Source: Eledone cirrhosa (taxonomy: Eukaryota). From it: a stretch of DNA of 64,000 bases. This document shows positions 29,101 through 44,100 of this stretch, in pieces. The stretch lies in NCBI GenBank assembly GCA_964016885.1, contig OZ024743.1:276582001-276646000 (forward strand). Direction: 5' to 3'. Each line of letters opens with the position of its first letter. The first letter of the stretch is position 1. A program made the position numbers and the translations under genes. The notes under the pieces are model-generated. The model saw only the letters and a program-made list of their open reading frames with translations. It was not told the DNA's origin and did no database searches.

Positions 29101-32100
29101 CACCACCAGCAGTTGCTAGAAGAAGCAACACTAGCACCACAAACAACACCACCAGCAGTTGCTAGAAGAAACACTAACACCACAAACAACACCACCAGCA
29201 GTTGGTAGAAGAAGCAACACTAACACCACAAACAACACCACCAGCAGTTGCTAGAAGAAGCAACACTAACACCACAAACAACACCACCAGCAGTTGCTAG
29301 AAGAAGCAAGACTAACACCACAACCAACACCATCAGCAGTTCCTCGAAGAAGCAACACTAACGCCACAAACAACACCATCAGCAGTTGCTAGAAGAAGCA
29401 ACACTAACACCACAAACAACACCATCAGCAGTTGCTAGAAGAAGCAACACTAACACCACAAACAACACCACCAGCAGTTGCTAGAAGAAGCAACACTAAC
29501 ACCACAAACAACACCATCAGCAGTTGCTAGAAGAAGCAACACTAACACCACAAACAACACCACCAGCAGTAGCTAGAAGACGCAACACTAACACCACAAA
29601 CAACACCACCAGCAGTTGCTAGAACAAGCAACACTAACACCACAAACAGCACCACCAGCAGTTGCTAGAAGAAGCAACACTAACACCACAAACAACACCA
29701 TCAGCAGTTGCTAGAAGAAGCAACACTAACGCCACAAACAACACCACCAGCAGTTGCTAGAAGAAGCAACACTAACACCACAAACAAAACCACCAGCAGT
29801 TGCTAGAAGAAGCAACACTAACACCACAAACAACACCACCAGCAGTTGCTAGAAGAAGGAACACTAACACCACAAATAACACCACCAGCAGTAGCTAGAA
29901 GAAGCAACACTAACACCACAAATAACACCACCAGCAGTTGCTAGAAGAAGGAACACTAACACCACAAACAAGACCACCAGCAGTAGCTAGAAGAAGCAAC
30001 ACTAACACCACAAACAACACCACCAGCAGTTGCTAGAAGGAGGAACACTAACACCACAAACTACACCACCAGCAGTTGCTAGAAGAAGCAACACTAACAC
30101 CACAAACAACATCACCAGCAGTTGCTAGAAGAAGCAACACTAACACCACAAACAACACCACCAGCAGTTGCTAGAAGAAGCAACACTAACACCACAAACA
30201 ACACCACCAGCAGTTGCTAGAAGAAGGAACACTAACACCACAAACAACACCACCAGCAGTTGTTAGAAGGAGCAACACTAGCGCCACAAACAACACCACC
30301 AGCAGTTGCTAGAAGAAGCAACACTAACACCACAAACAACACCACCAGCAGTTGCTAGAAGAAGCAACACTAACACCACAAACAACACCACCAGCAGTTG
30401 CTAGAAGAAGCAACACTAACACCACAAACAACACCACCAGCAGTAGCTAGAAGCAACACTAACACCACAAACAACACCACCAGCAGTTGCTAGAAGAAGC
30501 AACACTAACACCACAAACAACACCACCAGCAGTTGCTAGAAGAAGCAACACTAACACCACAAACAACACCACCAGCAGTTGCTAGAAGCAACACTATCAC
30601 CACAAACAACACCACCAGCAGTTGCTAGAAGAAGCAACACTAACACCACAAACAACATCGCAAGCAGTTGCTAGAAGAAGCAACACTAACACCACAAACA
30701 ACACCACCAGCAGTAGCTAGAAGAAGCAACACTAACACCACAAACAACACCACCAGCAGTTGCTAGAAGAAGCAACACTAGCACCACAAACAACACCACC
30801 AGCAGTTGCTAGAAGAAACACTAACACCACAAACAACACCACCAGCAGTTGGTAGAAGAAGCAACACTAACACCACAAACAACACCACCAGCAGTTGCTA
30901 GAAGAAGCAACACTAACACCACAAACAACACCACCAGCAGTTGCTAGAAGAAGCAACACTAACACCACAAACAACACCACCAGCAGATGGTAGAAGAAGC
31001 AACACTAACACCACAAACAACACCACCAGCAGTTGCTAGAAGAAGCAACACTAACCCCACAAACAACACCACCAGTAGTTGCTAGAAGAAGCAACACTAA
31101 CACCACAAACAACACCACCAGCAGTTGCTATAAGCAACACTAACACCACAAACAACACCACCAGCAGTTGCTAGAAGAAGCAACACTAACACCACAAACA
31201 ACACCACCAGCAGTTGCTAGAAGAAGCAATACTAACGCCACAAACAACACCACCAGCAGTTGCTAGAAGCAACACTAACACCACAAACAACACCACCAGC
31301 AGTTGCTAGAAGAAGCAACACTAACACCACAAACAACACCACCAGCAGTTGCTAGAAGAAGCAACACTAACACCACAAACAACACCACCAGCAGTTGCTA
31401 GAAGAAGCAACACTAACACCACAAACAACACCATCAGCAGTTGCTAGAAGAAGCAACACTAACACCGCAAACAACACCACCAGCAGTTGCTAGAAGAAGC
31501 AACACTAACACCACAAACAACACCACCAGCAGTTGCTAGAAGAAGCAACACTAACACCACAAATAACACCATCAGCAGTTGCTAGAAGAAGCAACACTAA
31601 CCCCACAAACAACACCACCAGCAGTTGCTAGAAGAAACAACACTAACACCACAAACAACACCACCAGCAGTTGTTAGAAGCAACACTAACACCACAAACA
31701 ACACCACCAGCAGTTGCTAGATGCAACACTAACACCACAAACAACACCACCAGCAGTTGCTAGAAGAAGCAACACTAACACCACAAACAACACCACCAGC
31801 AGTTGCTAGAAGAAGCAACACTAACACCACAAACAACACCACCAGCAGTTGCTAGAAGCAACACTAACACCACAAACAACACCACCAGCAGTAGCTAGAA
31901 GAAGCAACACTAACACCACAAACAACGCCACCAGCAGTTGCTAGAAGAAGCAACACTAACACCACAAACAACACCACCAGCAGTTGCTAGAAGAAGCAAC
32001 ACTAACACCACAAACAACACCACCAGCAGTAGCTAGAAGAAGCAACACTAACACCACAAACAACGCCACCAGCAGTTGCTAGAAGAAGCAACACTAACAC

Positions 32101-35100
32101 CACAAACAACACCACCAGCAGTTGCTAGAAGCAACACTAACACCACAAACAACACCACCAGCAGTTGCTAGAAGAAGCAACACTAACACCACAAACAACA
32201 CCACCAGCAGTAACCAGAAACAACACTAACACCACAAACAACACCAGCAGCAGTAGCTAGAAAAAGCAACACTAACACCACAAACAACATCATCAGCAGT
32301 CGCTAGAAGAAGCAACACTAACACCACAAACAACACCACCAGCAGTTGCTAGAAGAAGCAATACTAACACCACAAACAACACCACCAGCAGTTGCTAGAA
32401 GAAGCAACACTAACACCACAAACAACACCACCAGCAGTTGCTAGAAGAAGCAACACTAACACCACAAACAACACCACCAGCAGTAGCTAGAAGAAGCAAC
32501 ACTAACACCACAAACAACACCACCAGCAGTTCCTAGAAGAAGCAACACTAACACCACAAACAACACCACCAGCAGTAGCTAGAAGCAACACTAACACCAC
32601 AAACAACACCACCAGCAGTTGCTAGATGCAACACTAACACCACAAACAATACCACCAGCAGCTGCTAGAAGAAGCAACACTAACACCACAAAGAACACCA
32701 CCAGCAGTTGCTAGAAGAAGCAACACTAACACCACAAACAACACCACCAGCAGTTGCTAGAAGCAACACTAACACCACAAAAAACACCACCAGCAGTAGC
32801 TAGAAGAATCAACACTAACACCACAAACAACACCACCAGCAGTTGCTAGAAGAAGCAACACTAACACCACAAACAATACCACCAGCAGTTGCTAGAAGAA
32901 GCAACACTAACACCACAAACAACACCACCAGCAGTAGCTAGAAGAAGCAACACTAACACCACAAACATCACCACCAGCAGTTGCTAGAAGAAGCAACACT
33001 AACACCACAAACAACACCACCAGCAGTTGCTAGAAGCAACACTAACACCACAAACAACACCACCAGCAGTTGCTAGAAGAAGCAACACTAACACCACAAA
33101 CAACACCACCAGCAGTTGCTAGAAGCAACACTAACACCACAAACAACACCACCAGCAGTTGCTAGAAACAACACTAACACCACAAACAACACCACCAGCA
33201 GTAACCAGAAACAACACTAACACCACAAACAACACCAGCAGCAGTAGCTAGAAAAAGCAACACTAACACCACAAACAACATCATCAGCAGTTGCTAGAAG
33301 AAGCAACACTAACACCACAAACAACACCACCAGCAGTTGCTAGAAGAAGCAACACTAACACCACAAACAACACCACCAGCAGTTGCTAGAAGAAGCAATA
33401 CTAACGCCACAAACAACACCACCAGCAGTTGTTAGAAGAAGCAACACTAACACCACAAACAACACCACCAGCAGTTGCTAGAAGAAACACTAACACCACA
33501 AACAACACCACCAGCAGTTGCTAGAAGAAGCAATACTAACGCCACAAACAACACCACCAGCAGTTGCTAGAAGCAACACTAACACCACAAACAACACCAC
33601 CAGCAGTTGCTAGAAGAAGCAACACTAACACCACAAACAATACCACCAGCAGTTGCTAGAAGAAGCAACACTAACACCACAAACAACACCACCAGCAGTT
33701 GCTAGAAGAAGCAACACTAACACCACAAACAACACCATCAGCAGTTGCTAGAAGAAGCAACACTAACACCGCAAACAACACCACCAGCAGTTGCTAGAAG
33801 AAGCAACACTAACACCACAAACAACACCACCAGCAGTTGCTAGAAGAAGCAACACTAACACCACAAACAACACCACCAGCAGTTGCTAGAAGAAGCAACA
33901 CTAACACCACAAACAACACCATCAGCAGTTGCTAGAAGAAGCAACACTAACCCCACAAACAACACCACCAGCAGTTGCTAGAAGAAACAACACTAACACC
34001 ACAAACAACACCACCAGCAGTTGCTAGAAGCAACACTAACACCACAAACAACACCACCAGCAGTTGCTAGATGCAACACTAACACCACAAACAACACCAC
34101 CAGCAGTTGCTAGAAGAAGCAACACTAACACCACAAACAACACCACCAGCAGTTGCTAGAAGAAGCAACACTAACACCACAAACAACACCACCAGCAGTT
34201 GCTAGAAGCAACACTAACACCACAAACAACACCACCAGCAGTAGCTAGAAGAAGCAACACTAACACCACAAACAACGCCACCAGCAGTTGCTAGAAGAAG
34301 CAACACTAACACCACAAACAACACCACCAGCAGTTGCTAGAAGCAACACTAACACCACAAACAACACCACCAGCAGTTGCTAGAAGAAGCAACACTAACA
34401 CCACAAACAACACCACCAGCAGTAACCAGAAACAACACTAACACCACAAACAACACCAGCAGCAGTAGCTAGAAAAAGCAACACTAACACCACAAACAAC
34501 ATCATCAGCAGTCGCTAGAAGAAGCAACACTAACACCACAAACAACACCACCAGCAGTTGCTAGAAGAAGCAATACTAACACCACAAACAACACCACCAG
34601 CAGTTGCTAGAAGAAGCAACACTAACACCACAAACAACACCACCAGCAGTTGCTAGAAGAAGCAACACTAACACCACAAACAACACCACCAGCAGTAGCT
34701 AGAAGAAGCAACACTAACACCACAAACAACACCACCAGCAGTTCCTAGAAGAAGCAACACTAACACCACAAACAACACCACCAGCAGTAGCTAGAAGCAA
34801 CACTAACACCACAAACAACATCACCAGCAGTTGCTAGATGCAACACTAACACCACAAACAATACCACCAGCAGCTGCTAGAAGAAGCAACACTAACACCA
34901 CAAACAACACCACCAGCAGTTGCTAGAAGAAGCAACACTAACACCACAAACAACACCACCAGCAGTTGCTAGAAACAACACTAACACCACAAACAACACC
35001 ACCAGCAGTAACCAGAAACAACACTAACACCACAAACAACATCATCAGCAGTTGCTAGAAGAAGCAACACTAACACCACAAACAACACCACCAGCAGTTG

Positions 35101-38100
35101 CTAGAAGAAGCAACACTAACACCACAAACAACACCACCAGCAGTTGGTAGAAGAAGCAACACTAACACCACAAACAACACCATCAGCAGTTGCTAGAAGA
35201 AGCAACACTAACGCCACAAACAACACCATCAGCAGTTGCTAGAAGAAGCAACACTAACACCACAAACAACACCATCAGCAGTTGCTAGAAGAAGCAACAC
35301 TAACACCACAAACAACACCACCAGCAGTTGCTAGAAGAAGCAACACTAACACCACAAACAACACCATCAGCAGTTGGTAGAAGAAGCAACACTAACACCA
35401 CAAACAACACCACCAGCAGTTGCTAGAAGAAGCAACACTAACACCACAAACAACACCACCAGCAGTTGCTAGAAGAAGCAACACTAACACCACAAACAAC
35501 ACCACCAGCAGTTGCTAGAAGAAGCAACACTAACACCACAAACAACACCATCAGCAGTTACTAGAAGAAGCAACACTAACGCCACAAACAACACCACCAG
35601 CAGTTGCTAGAAGAAGCAACACTAACACCACAAACAACACCACCAGCAGTTGCTAGAAGCAACACTAACACCACAAACAACATCACCAGCAGTTGCTAGA
35701 AGCAACACTAACACCACAAACAACACCACCAGCAGTTGCTAGAAGAAGCAACACTAACACCACAAACAACACAACCAGCAGTTGCTAGAAGAAGCAACAC
35801 TAACACCACAAACAACACCACCAGCAGTTGCTAGAAGCAACACTAACACCACAAACAACACCACCAGCAGTAGCTAGAAGAAGCAACACTAACACCACAA
35901 ACAACACCACCAGCAGTTGCTAGAAGAAGCAACACTAACACCACAAACAACACCACCAGCAGTTGCTAGAAGAAGCAACACTAACACCACAAACAACACC
36001 ACCAGCAGTAGCTAGAAGAAGCAACACTAACACCACAAACAACACCACCAGCAGTTGCTAGAAGAAGCAACACTAACACCACAAACAACACCACCAGCAG
36101 TTGCTAGAAGCAACACTAACACCACAAACAACATCACCAGCAGTTGCTAGAAGCAACACTAACACCACAAACAACACCACCAGCAGTTGCTAGAAGAAGC
36201 AACACTAACACCACAAACAACACCACCAGCAGTTGCTAGAAGAAGCAACACTAACACCACAAACAACACCACCAGCAGTTGCTAGAAGCAACACTAACAC
36301 CACAAACAACACCACCAGCAGTAGCTAGAAGAAGCAACACTAACAGCACAAACAACACCACCAGCAGTTGCTAGAAGAAGCAACACTAACACCACAAAGA
36401 ACACCACCAGCAGTTGCTAGAAGAAGCAACACTAACACCACAAACAACACCACCAGCAGTAGCTAGAAGAAGCAACACTAACACCACAAACAACACCACC
36501 AGCAGTTGCTAGAAGAAGCAACACTAACACCACAAACAACACCACCAGCAGTTGCTAGAAGCAACACTAACACCACAAACAACACTACCAGCAGTTGCTA
36601 GAAGAAGCAACACTAACACCACAAACAACACCACCAGAAGTTGCTAGAAGAAGCAATACTAACACCACAAACAACACCACCAGCAGTTGCTAGAAGAAGC
36701 AACACTAACCCCACAAACAACACCACCAGCAGTTGCTAGAAGAAGCAACACTAACACCACAAACAACACCACCAGCAGTAGCTAGAAGAAGCAACACTAA
36801 CACCACAAACAACATCGCCAGCAGTTGCTAGAAGAAGCAACACTAACACCACAAACAACACCACCAGCAGTAGCTAGAAGAAGCAACACTAACACCACAA
36901 ACAACACCACCAGCAGTTGCTAGAAGAAGCAACACTAACACCACAAACAACACCACCAGCAGTTGCTAGAAGAAGGAACACTATCACTACAAACAACACC
37001 ACCAGCAGTTGCTAGAAGCAACACTAACACCACAAACAACACTACCAGCAGTTGCTAGAAGAAGCAACACTAACACCACAAACAACACCACCAGAAGTTG
37101 CTAGAAGAAGCAATACTAACACCACAAACAACACCACCAGCAGTTGCTAGAAGAAGCAACACTAACACCACAAACAACACCACCAGCAGTAGCTAGAAGA
37201 AGCAACACTAACACCACAAACAACATCGCCAGCAGTTGCTAGAAGAAGCAACACTAACACCACAAACAACACCACCAGCAGTTGCTAGAAGAAGCAACAC
37301 TAACACCACAAACAACACCACCAGCAGTTGCTAGAAGAAGCAATACTAACGCCACAAACAACACCACCAGCAGTTGTTAGAAGAAGCAACACTAACACCA
37401 CAAACAACACCACCAGCAGTTGCTAGAAGAAACACTAACACCACAAACAACACCACCAGCAGTTGCTAGAAGAAGCAACACTAACACCACAAACAACACC
37501 ACCAGCAGTTGCTAGAAGAAGCAACACTAACACCACAAACAACACCACCAGCAGTAGCTAGAAGAAGCAACACTAACACCACAAACATCACCACCAGCAG
37601 TTGCTAGAAGAAGCAACACTAACACCACAAACAACACCACCAGCAGTTGCTAGAAGCAACACTAACACCACAAACAACACCACCAGCAGTTGCTAGAAGA
37701 AGCAACACTAACACCACAAACAACACCACCAGCAGTAGCTAGAAGAAGCAACACTAACACCACAAACAACACCACCAGCAGTTGCTAGAAGAAGCAACAC
37801 TAACACCACAAACAACACCACCAGCAGTAGCTAGAAGCAACACTAACACCACAAACAACACCACCAGCAGTTGCTAGAAGAAGCAACACTAACACCACAA
37901 ACAACACCACCAGCAGTTGCTAGAAGAAGCAATACTAACGCCACAAACAACACCACCAGCAGTTGTTAGAAGAAGCAACACTAACACCACAAACAACACC
38001 ACCAGCAGTTGCTAGAAGAAACACTAACACCACAAACAACACCACCAGCAGTTGCTAGAAGAAGCAACACTAACACCACAAACAACACCACCAGCAGTTG

Positions 38101-41100
38101 CTAGAAGAAGCAACACTAACACCACAAACAACACCACCAGCAGTTTCTAGAAGAAGCAACACTAACACCACAAACAACACCACCAGCAGTTGCTAGAAGC
38201 AACACTAACACCACAAACAACAGCACCAGCAGTTGCTAAAAGAAGCAACACTAAACCACAAACAACACCACCAGCAGTTGCTAGAAGAAGCAACACTAAC
38301 ACCACAAACAACACCACCAGCAGTTGCTAGAAGAAGCAACACTAACCCCACAAACAACACCACCAGCAGTTGCTAGAAGAAGCAACACTAACACCACAAA
38401 CAACACCACCAGCAGTAGCTAGAAGAAGCAACACTAACACCACAAACAACATCGCCAGCAGTTGCTAGAAAAAGCAACACTAACACCACAAGCAACACCA
38501 CCAGCAGTAGCTAGAAGAAGCAACACTAACACCACAAACAACACCACCAGCAGTTGCTAGAAGAAGCAACACTAACACCACAAACAACACCACCAGCAGT
38601 TGCTAGAAGCAACACTAACACCACAAACAACACCACCAGCAGTTGCTAGAAGAAGCAACACTAACACCACAAACAACACCACCAGCAGTAGCTAGAAGCA
38701 ACACTAACACCACAAACAACACCACCAGCAGTTGCTAGAAGAAGCAACACTAACACCACAAACAACACCACCAGCAGTTGCTAGAAGAAGCAATACTAAC
38801 GCCACAAACAACACCACCAGCAGTTGCTAGAAGCAACACTAACACCACAAACAACACCACCAGCAGTTGCTAGAAGAAGCAACACTAACACCACAAACAA
38901 CACCACCAGCAGTTGCTAGAAGAAGCAACACTAACACCACAAACAACACCATCAGCAGTTGCTAGAAGAAGCAACACTAACACCACAAACAACACCACCA
39001 GCAGTTGCTAGAAGAAGCAACACTAACACCACAAACAACACCACCAGCAGTTGCTAGAAGAAGCAACACTAACACCACAAACAACACCACCAGCAGTTGC
39101 TAGAAGAAGCAACACTAACACCACAATCAACACCATCAGCAGTTGCTAGAAGAAGCAACACTAACGCCACAAACAACACCACCAGCAGTTGCTAGAAGAA
39201 GCAACACTAACACCACAAACAACACCACCAGCAGTTGCTAGAAGCAACACTAACACCACAAACAACACCACCAGCAGTTGCTAGATGCAACACTAACACC
39301 ACAAACAACACCACCAGCAGTTGCTAGAAGAAGCAACACTAACACCACAAACAACACCACCAGCAGTTGCTAGAAGAAGCAACACTAACACCACAAACAA
39401 CACCACCAGCAGTTGCTAGAAGCAACACTAACACCACAAACAACACCACCAGCAGTAGCTAGAAGAAGCAACACTAACACCACAAACAACACCACCAGCA
39501 GTTGCTAGAAGAAGCAACACTAACTCCACAAACAACACCACCAGCAGTTGCTAGAAGAAGCAACACTAACACCACAAACAACACCACCAGCAGTAGCTAG
39601 AAGAAGCAACACTAACACCACAAATAACACCACCAACAGTTGCTAGAAGAAGAAACACTAACACCACAAACAACACCACCAGCAGTTGCTAGAAGCAACA
39701 CTAACACCACAAACAACACCACCAGCAGTTGCTAGAAGAAGCAACACTAACACCACAAACAACACCACCAGCAGTTGCTAGAAGCAACACTAACACCACA
39801 AACAACACCACCAGCAGTTGCTAGAAACAACACTAACACCACAAACAACACCACCAGCAGTAACCAGAAACAACACTAACACCACAAACAACATCATCAG
39901 CAGTTGCTAGAAGAAGCAACACTAACACCACAAACAACACCACCAGCAGTTGCTAGAAGAAGCAACACTAACACCACAAACAACACCACCAGCAGTTGCT
40001 AGAAGAAGCAACACTAACACCACAAACAACACCATCAGCAGTTGCTAGAAGAAGCAACACTAACGCCACAAACAACACCATCAGCAGTTGCTAGAAGAAG
40101 CAACACTAACACCACAAACAACACCATCAGCAGTTGCTAGAAGAAGCAACACTAACACCACAAACAACACCACCAGCAGTTGCTAGAAGAAGCAACACTA
40201 ACACCACAAACAACACCATCAGCAGTTGGTAGAAGAAGCAACACTAACACCACAAACAACACCACCAGCAGTTGCTAGAAGAAGCAACACTAACACCACA
40301 AACAACACCACCAGCAGTTGCTAGAAGAAGCAACACTAACACCACAAACAACACCACCAGCAGTTGCTAGAAGAAGCAACACTAACACCACAAACAACAC
40401 CATCAGCAGTTGCTAGAAGAAGCAACACTAACGCCACAAACAACACCACCAGCAGTTGCTAGAAGAAGCAACACTAACACCACAAACAACACCACCAGCA
40501 GTTGCTAGAAGCAACACTAACACCACAAACAACATCACCAGCAGTTGCTAGAAGCAACACTAACACCACAAACAACACCACCAGCAGTTGCTAGAAGAAG
40601 CAACACTAACACCACAAACAACACAACCAGCAGTTGCTAGAAGAAGCAACACTAACACCACAAACAACACCACCAGCAGTTGCTAGAAGCAACACTAACA
40701 CCACAAACAACACCACCAGCAGTAGCTAGAAGAAGCAACACTAACACCACAAACAACACCACCAGCAGTTGCTAGAAGAAGCAACACTAACACCACAAAC
40801 AACACCACCAGCAGTTGCTAGAAGAAGCAACACTAACACCACAAACAACACCACCAGCAGTAGCTAGAAGAAGCAACACTAACACCACAAACAACACCAC
40901 CAGCAGTTGCTAGAAGAAGCAACACTAACACCACAAACAACACCACCAGCAGTTGCTAGAAGCAACACTAACACCACAAACAACATCACCAGCAGTTGCT
41001 AGAAGCAACACTAACACCACAAACAACACCACCAGCAGTTGCTAGAAGAAGCAACACTAACACCACAAACAACACCACCAGCAGTTGCTAGAAGAAGCAA

Positions 41101-44100
41101 CACTAACACCACAAACAACACCACCAGCAGTTGCTAGAAGCAACACTAACACCACAAACAACACCACCAGCAGTAGCTAGAAGAAGCAACACTAACACCA
41201 CAAACAACACCACCAGCAGTTGCTAGAAGAAGCAACACTAACACCACAAAGAACACCACCAGCAGTTGCTAGAAGAAGCAACACTAACACCACAAACAAC
41301 ACCACCAGCAGTAGCTAGAAGAAGCAACACTAACACCACAAACAACACCACCAGCAGTTGCTAGAAGAAGCAACACTAACACCACAAACAACACCACCAG
41401 CAGTTGCTAGAAGCAACACTAACACCACAAACAACACTACCAGCAGTTGCTAGAAGAAGCAACACTAACACCACAAACAACACCACCAGAAGTTGCTAGA
41501 AGAAGCAATACTAACACCACAAACAACACCACCAGCAGTTGCTAGAAGAAGCAACACTAACCCCACAAACAACACCACCAGCAGTTGCTAGAAGAAGCAA
41601 CACTAACACCACAAACAACACCACCAGCAGTAGCTAGAAGAAGCAACACTAACACCACAAACAACATCGCCAGCAGTTGCTAGAAGAAGCAACACTAACA
41701 CCACAAACAACACCACCAGCAGTAGCTAGAAGAAGCAACACTAACACCACAAACAACACCACCAGCAGTTGCTAGAAGAAGCAACACTAACACCACAAAC
41801 AACACCACCAGCAGTTGCTAGAAGAAGGAACACTATCACTACAAACAACACCACCAGCAGTTGCTAGAAGCAACACTAACACCACAAACAACACTACCAG
41901 CAGTTGCTAGAAGAAGCAACACTAACACCACAAACAACACCACCAGAAGTTGCTAGAAGAAGCAATACTAACACCACAAACAACACCACCAGCAGTTGCT
42001 AGAAGAAGCAACACTAACACCACAAACAACACCACCAGCAGTAGCTAGAAGAAGCAACACTAACACCACAAACAACATCGCCAGCAGTTGCTAGAAGAAG
42101 CAACACTAACACCACAAACAACACCACCAGCAGTTGCTAGAAGAAGCAACACTAACACCACAAACAACACCACCAGCAGTTGCTAGAAGAAGCAACACTA
42201 ACACCACAAACAACACCACCAGCAGTTGCTAGAAGAAGCAATACTAACGCCACAAACAACACCACCAGCAGTTGTTAGAAGAAGCAACACTAACACCACA
42301 AACAACACCACCAGCAGTTGCTAGAAGAAACACTAACACCACAAACAACACCACCAGCAGTTGCTAGAAGAAGCAACACTAACACCACAAACAACACCAC
42401 CAGCAGTTGCTAGAAGAAGCAACACTAACACCACAAACAACACCACCAGCAGTTTCTAGAAGAAGCAACACTAACACCACAAACAACACCACCAGCAGTT
42501 GCTAGAAGCAACACTAACACCACAAACAACAGCACCAGCAGTTGCTAAAAGAAGCAACACTAAACCACAAACAACACCACCAGCAGTTGCTAGAAGAAGC
42601 AACACTAACACCACAAACAACACCACCAGCAGTTGCTAGAAGAAGCAACACTAACCCCACAAACAACACCACCAGCAGTTGCTAGAAGAAGCAACACTAA
42701 CACCACAAACAACACCACCAGCAGTAGCTAGAAGAAGCAACACTAACACCACAAACAACATCGCCAGCAGTTGCTAGAAAAAGCAACACTAACACCACAA
42801 GCAACACCACCAGCAGTAGCTAGAAGAAGCAACACTAACACCACAAACAACACCACCAGCAGTTGCTAGAAGAAGCAACACTAACACCACAAACAACACC
42901 ACCAGCAGTTGCTAGAAGCAACACTAACACCACAAACAACACCACCAGCAGTTGCTAGAAGAAGCAACACTAACACCACAAACAACACCACCAGCAGTAG
43001 CTAGAAGCAACACTAACACCACAAACAACACCACCAGCAGTTGCTAGAAGAAGCAACACTAACACCACAAACAACACCACCAGCAGTTGCTAGAAGAAGC
43101 AATACTAACGCCACAAACAACACCACCAGCAGTTGCTAGAAGCAACACTAACACCACAAACAACACCACCAGCAGTTGCTAGAAGAAGCAACACTAACAC
43201 CACAAACAACACCACCAGCAGTTGCTAGAAGAAGCAACACTAACACCACAAACAACACCATCAGCAGTTGCTAGAAGAAGCAACACTAACACCACAAACA
43301 ACACCACCAGCAGTTGCTAGAAGAAGCAACACTAACACCACAAACAACACCACCAGCAGTTGCTAGAAGAAGCAACACTAACACCACAAACAACACCACC
43401 AGCAGTTGCTAGAAGAAGCAACACTAACACCACAATCAACACCATCAGCAGTTGCTAGAAGAAGCAACACTAACGCCACAAACAACACCACCAGCAGTTG
43501 GTAGAAGAAGCAACACTAACACCACAAACAACACCACCAGCAGTTGCTAGAAGCAACACTAACACCACAAACAACACCACCAGCAGTTGCTAGATGCAAC
43601 ACTAACACCACAAACAACACCACCAGCAGTTGCTAGAAGAAGCAACACTAACACCACAAACAACACCACCAGCAGTTGCTAGAAGAAGCAACACTAACAC
43701 CACAAACAACACCACCAGCAGTTGCTAGAAGCAACACTAACACCACAAACAACACCACCAGCAGTAGCTAGAAGAAGCAACACTAACACCACAAACAACA
43801 CCACCAGCAGTTGCTAGAAGAAGCAACACTAACTCCACAAACAACACCACCAGCAGTTGCTAGAAGAAGCAACACTAACACCACAAACAACACCACCAGC
43901 AGTAGCTAGAAGAAGCAACACTAACACCACAAATAACACCACCAACAGTTGCTAGAAGAAGCAACACTAACACCACAAACAACACCACCAGCAGTTGCTA
44001 GAAGCAACACTAACACCACAAACAACACCACCAGCAGTTGCTAGAAGAAGCAACACTAACACCACAAACAACACCACCAGCAGTTGCTAGAAGCAACACT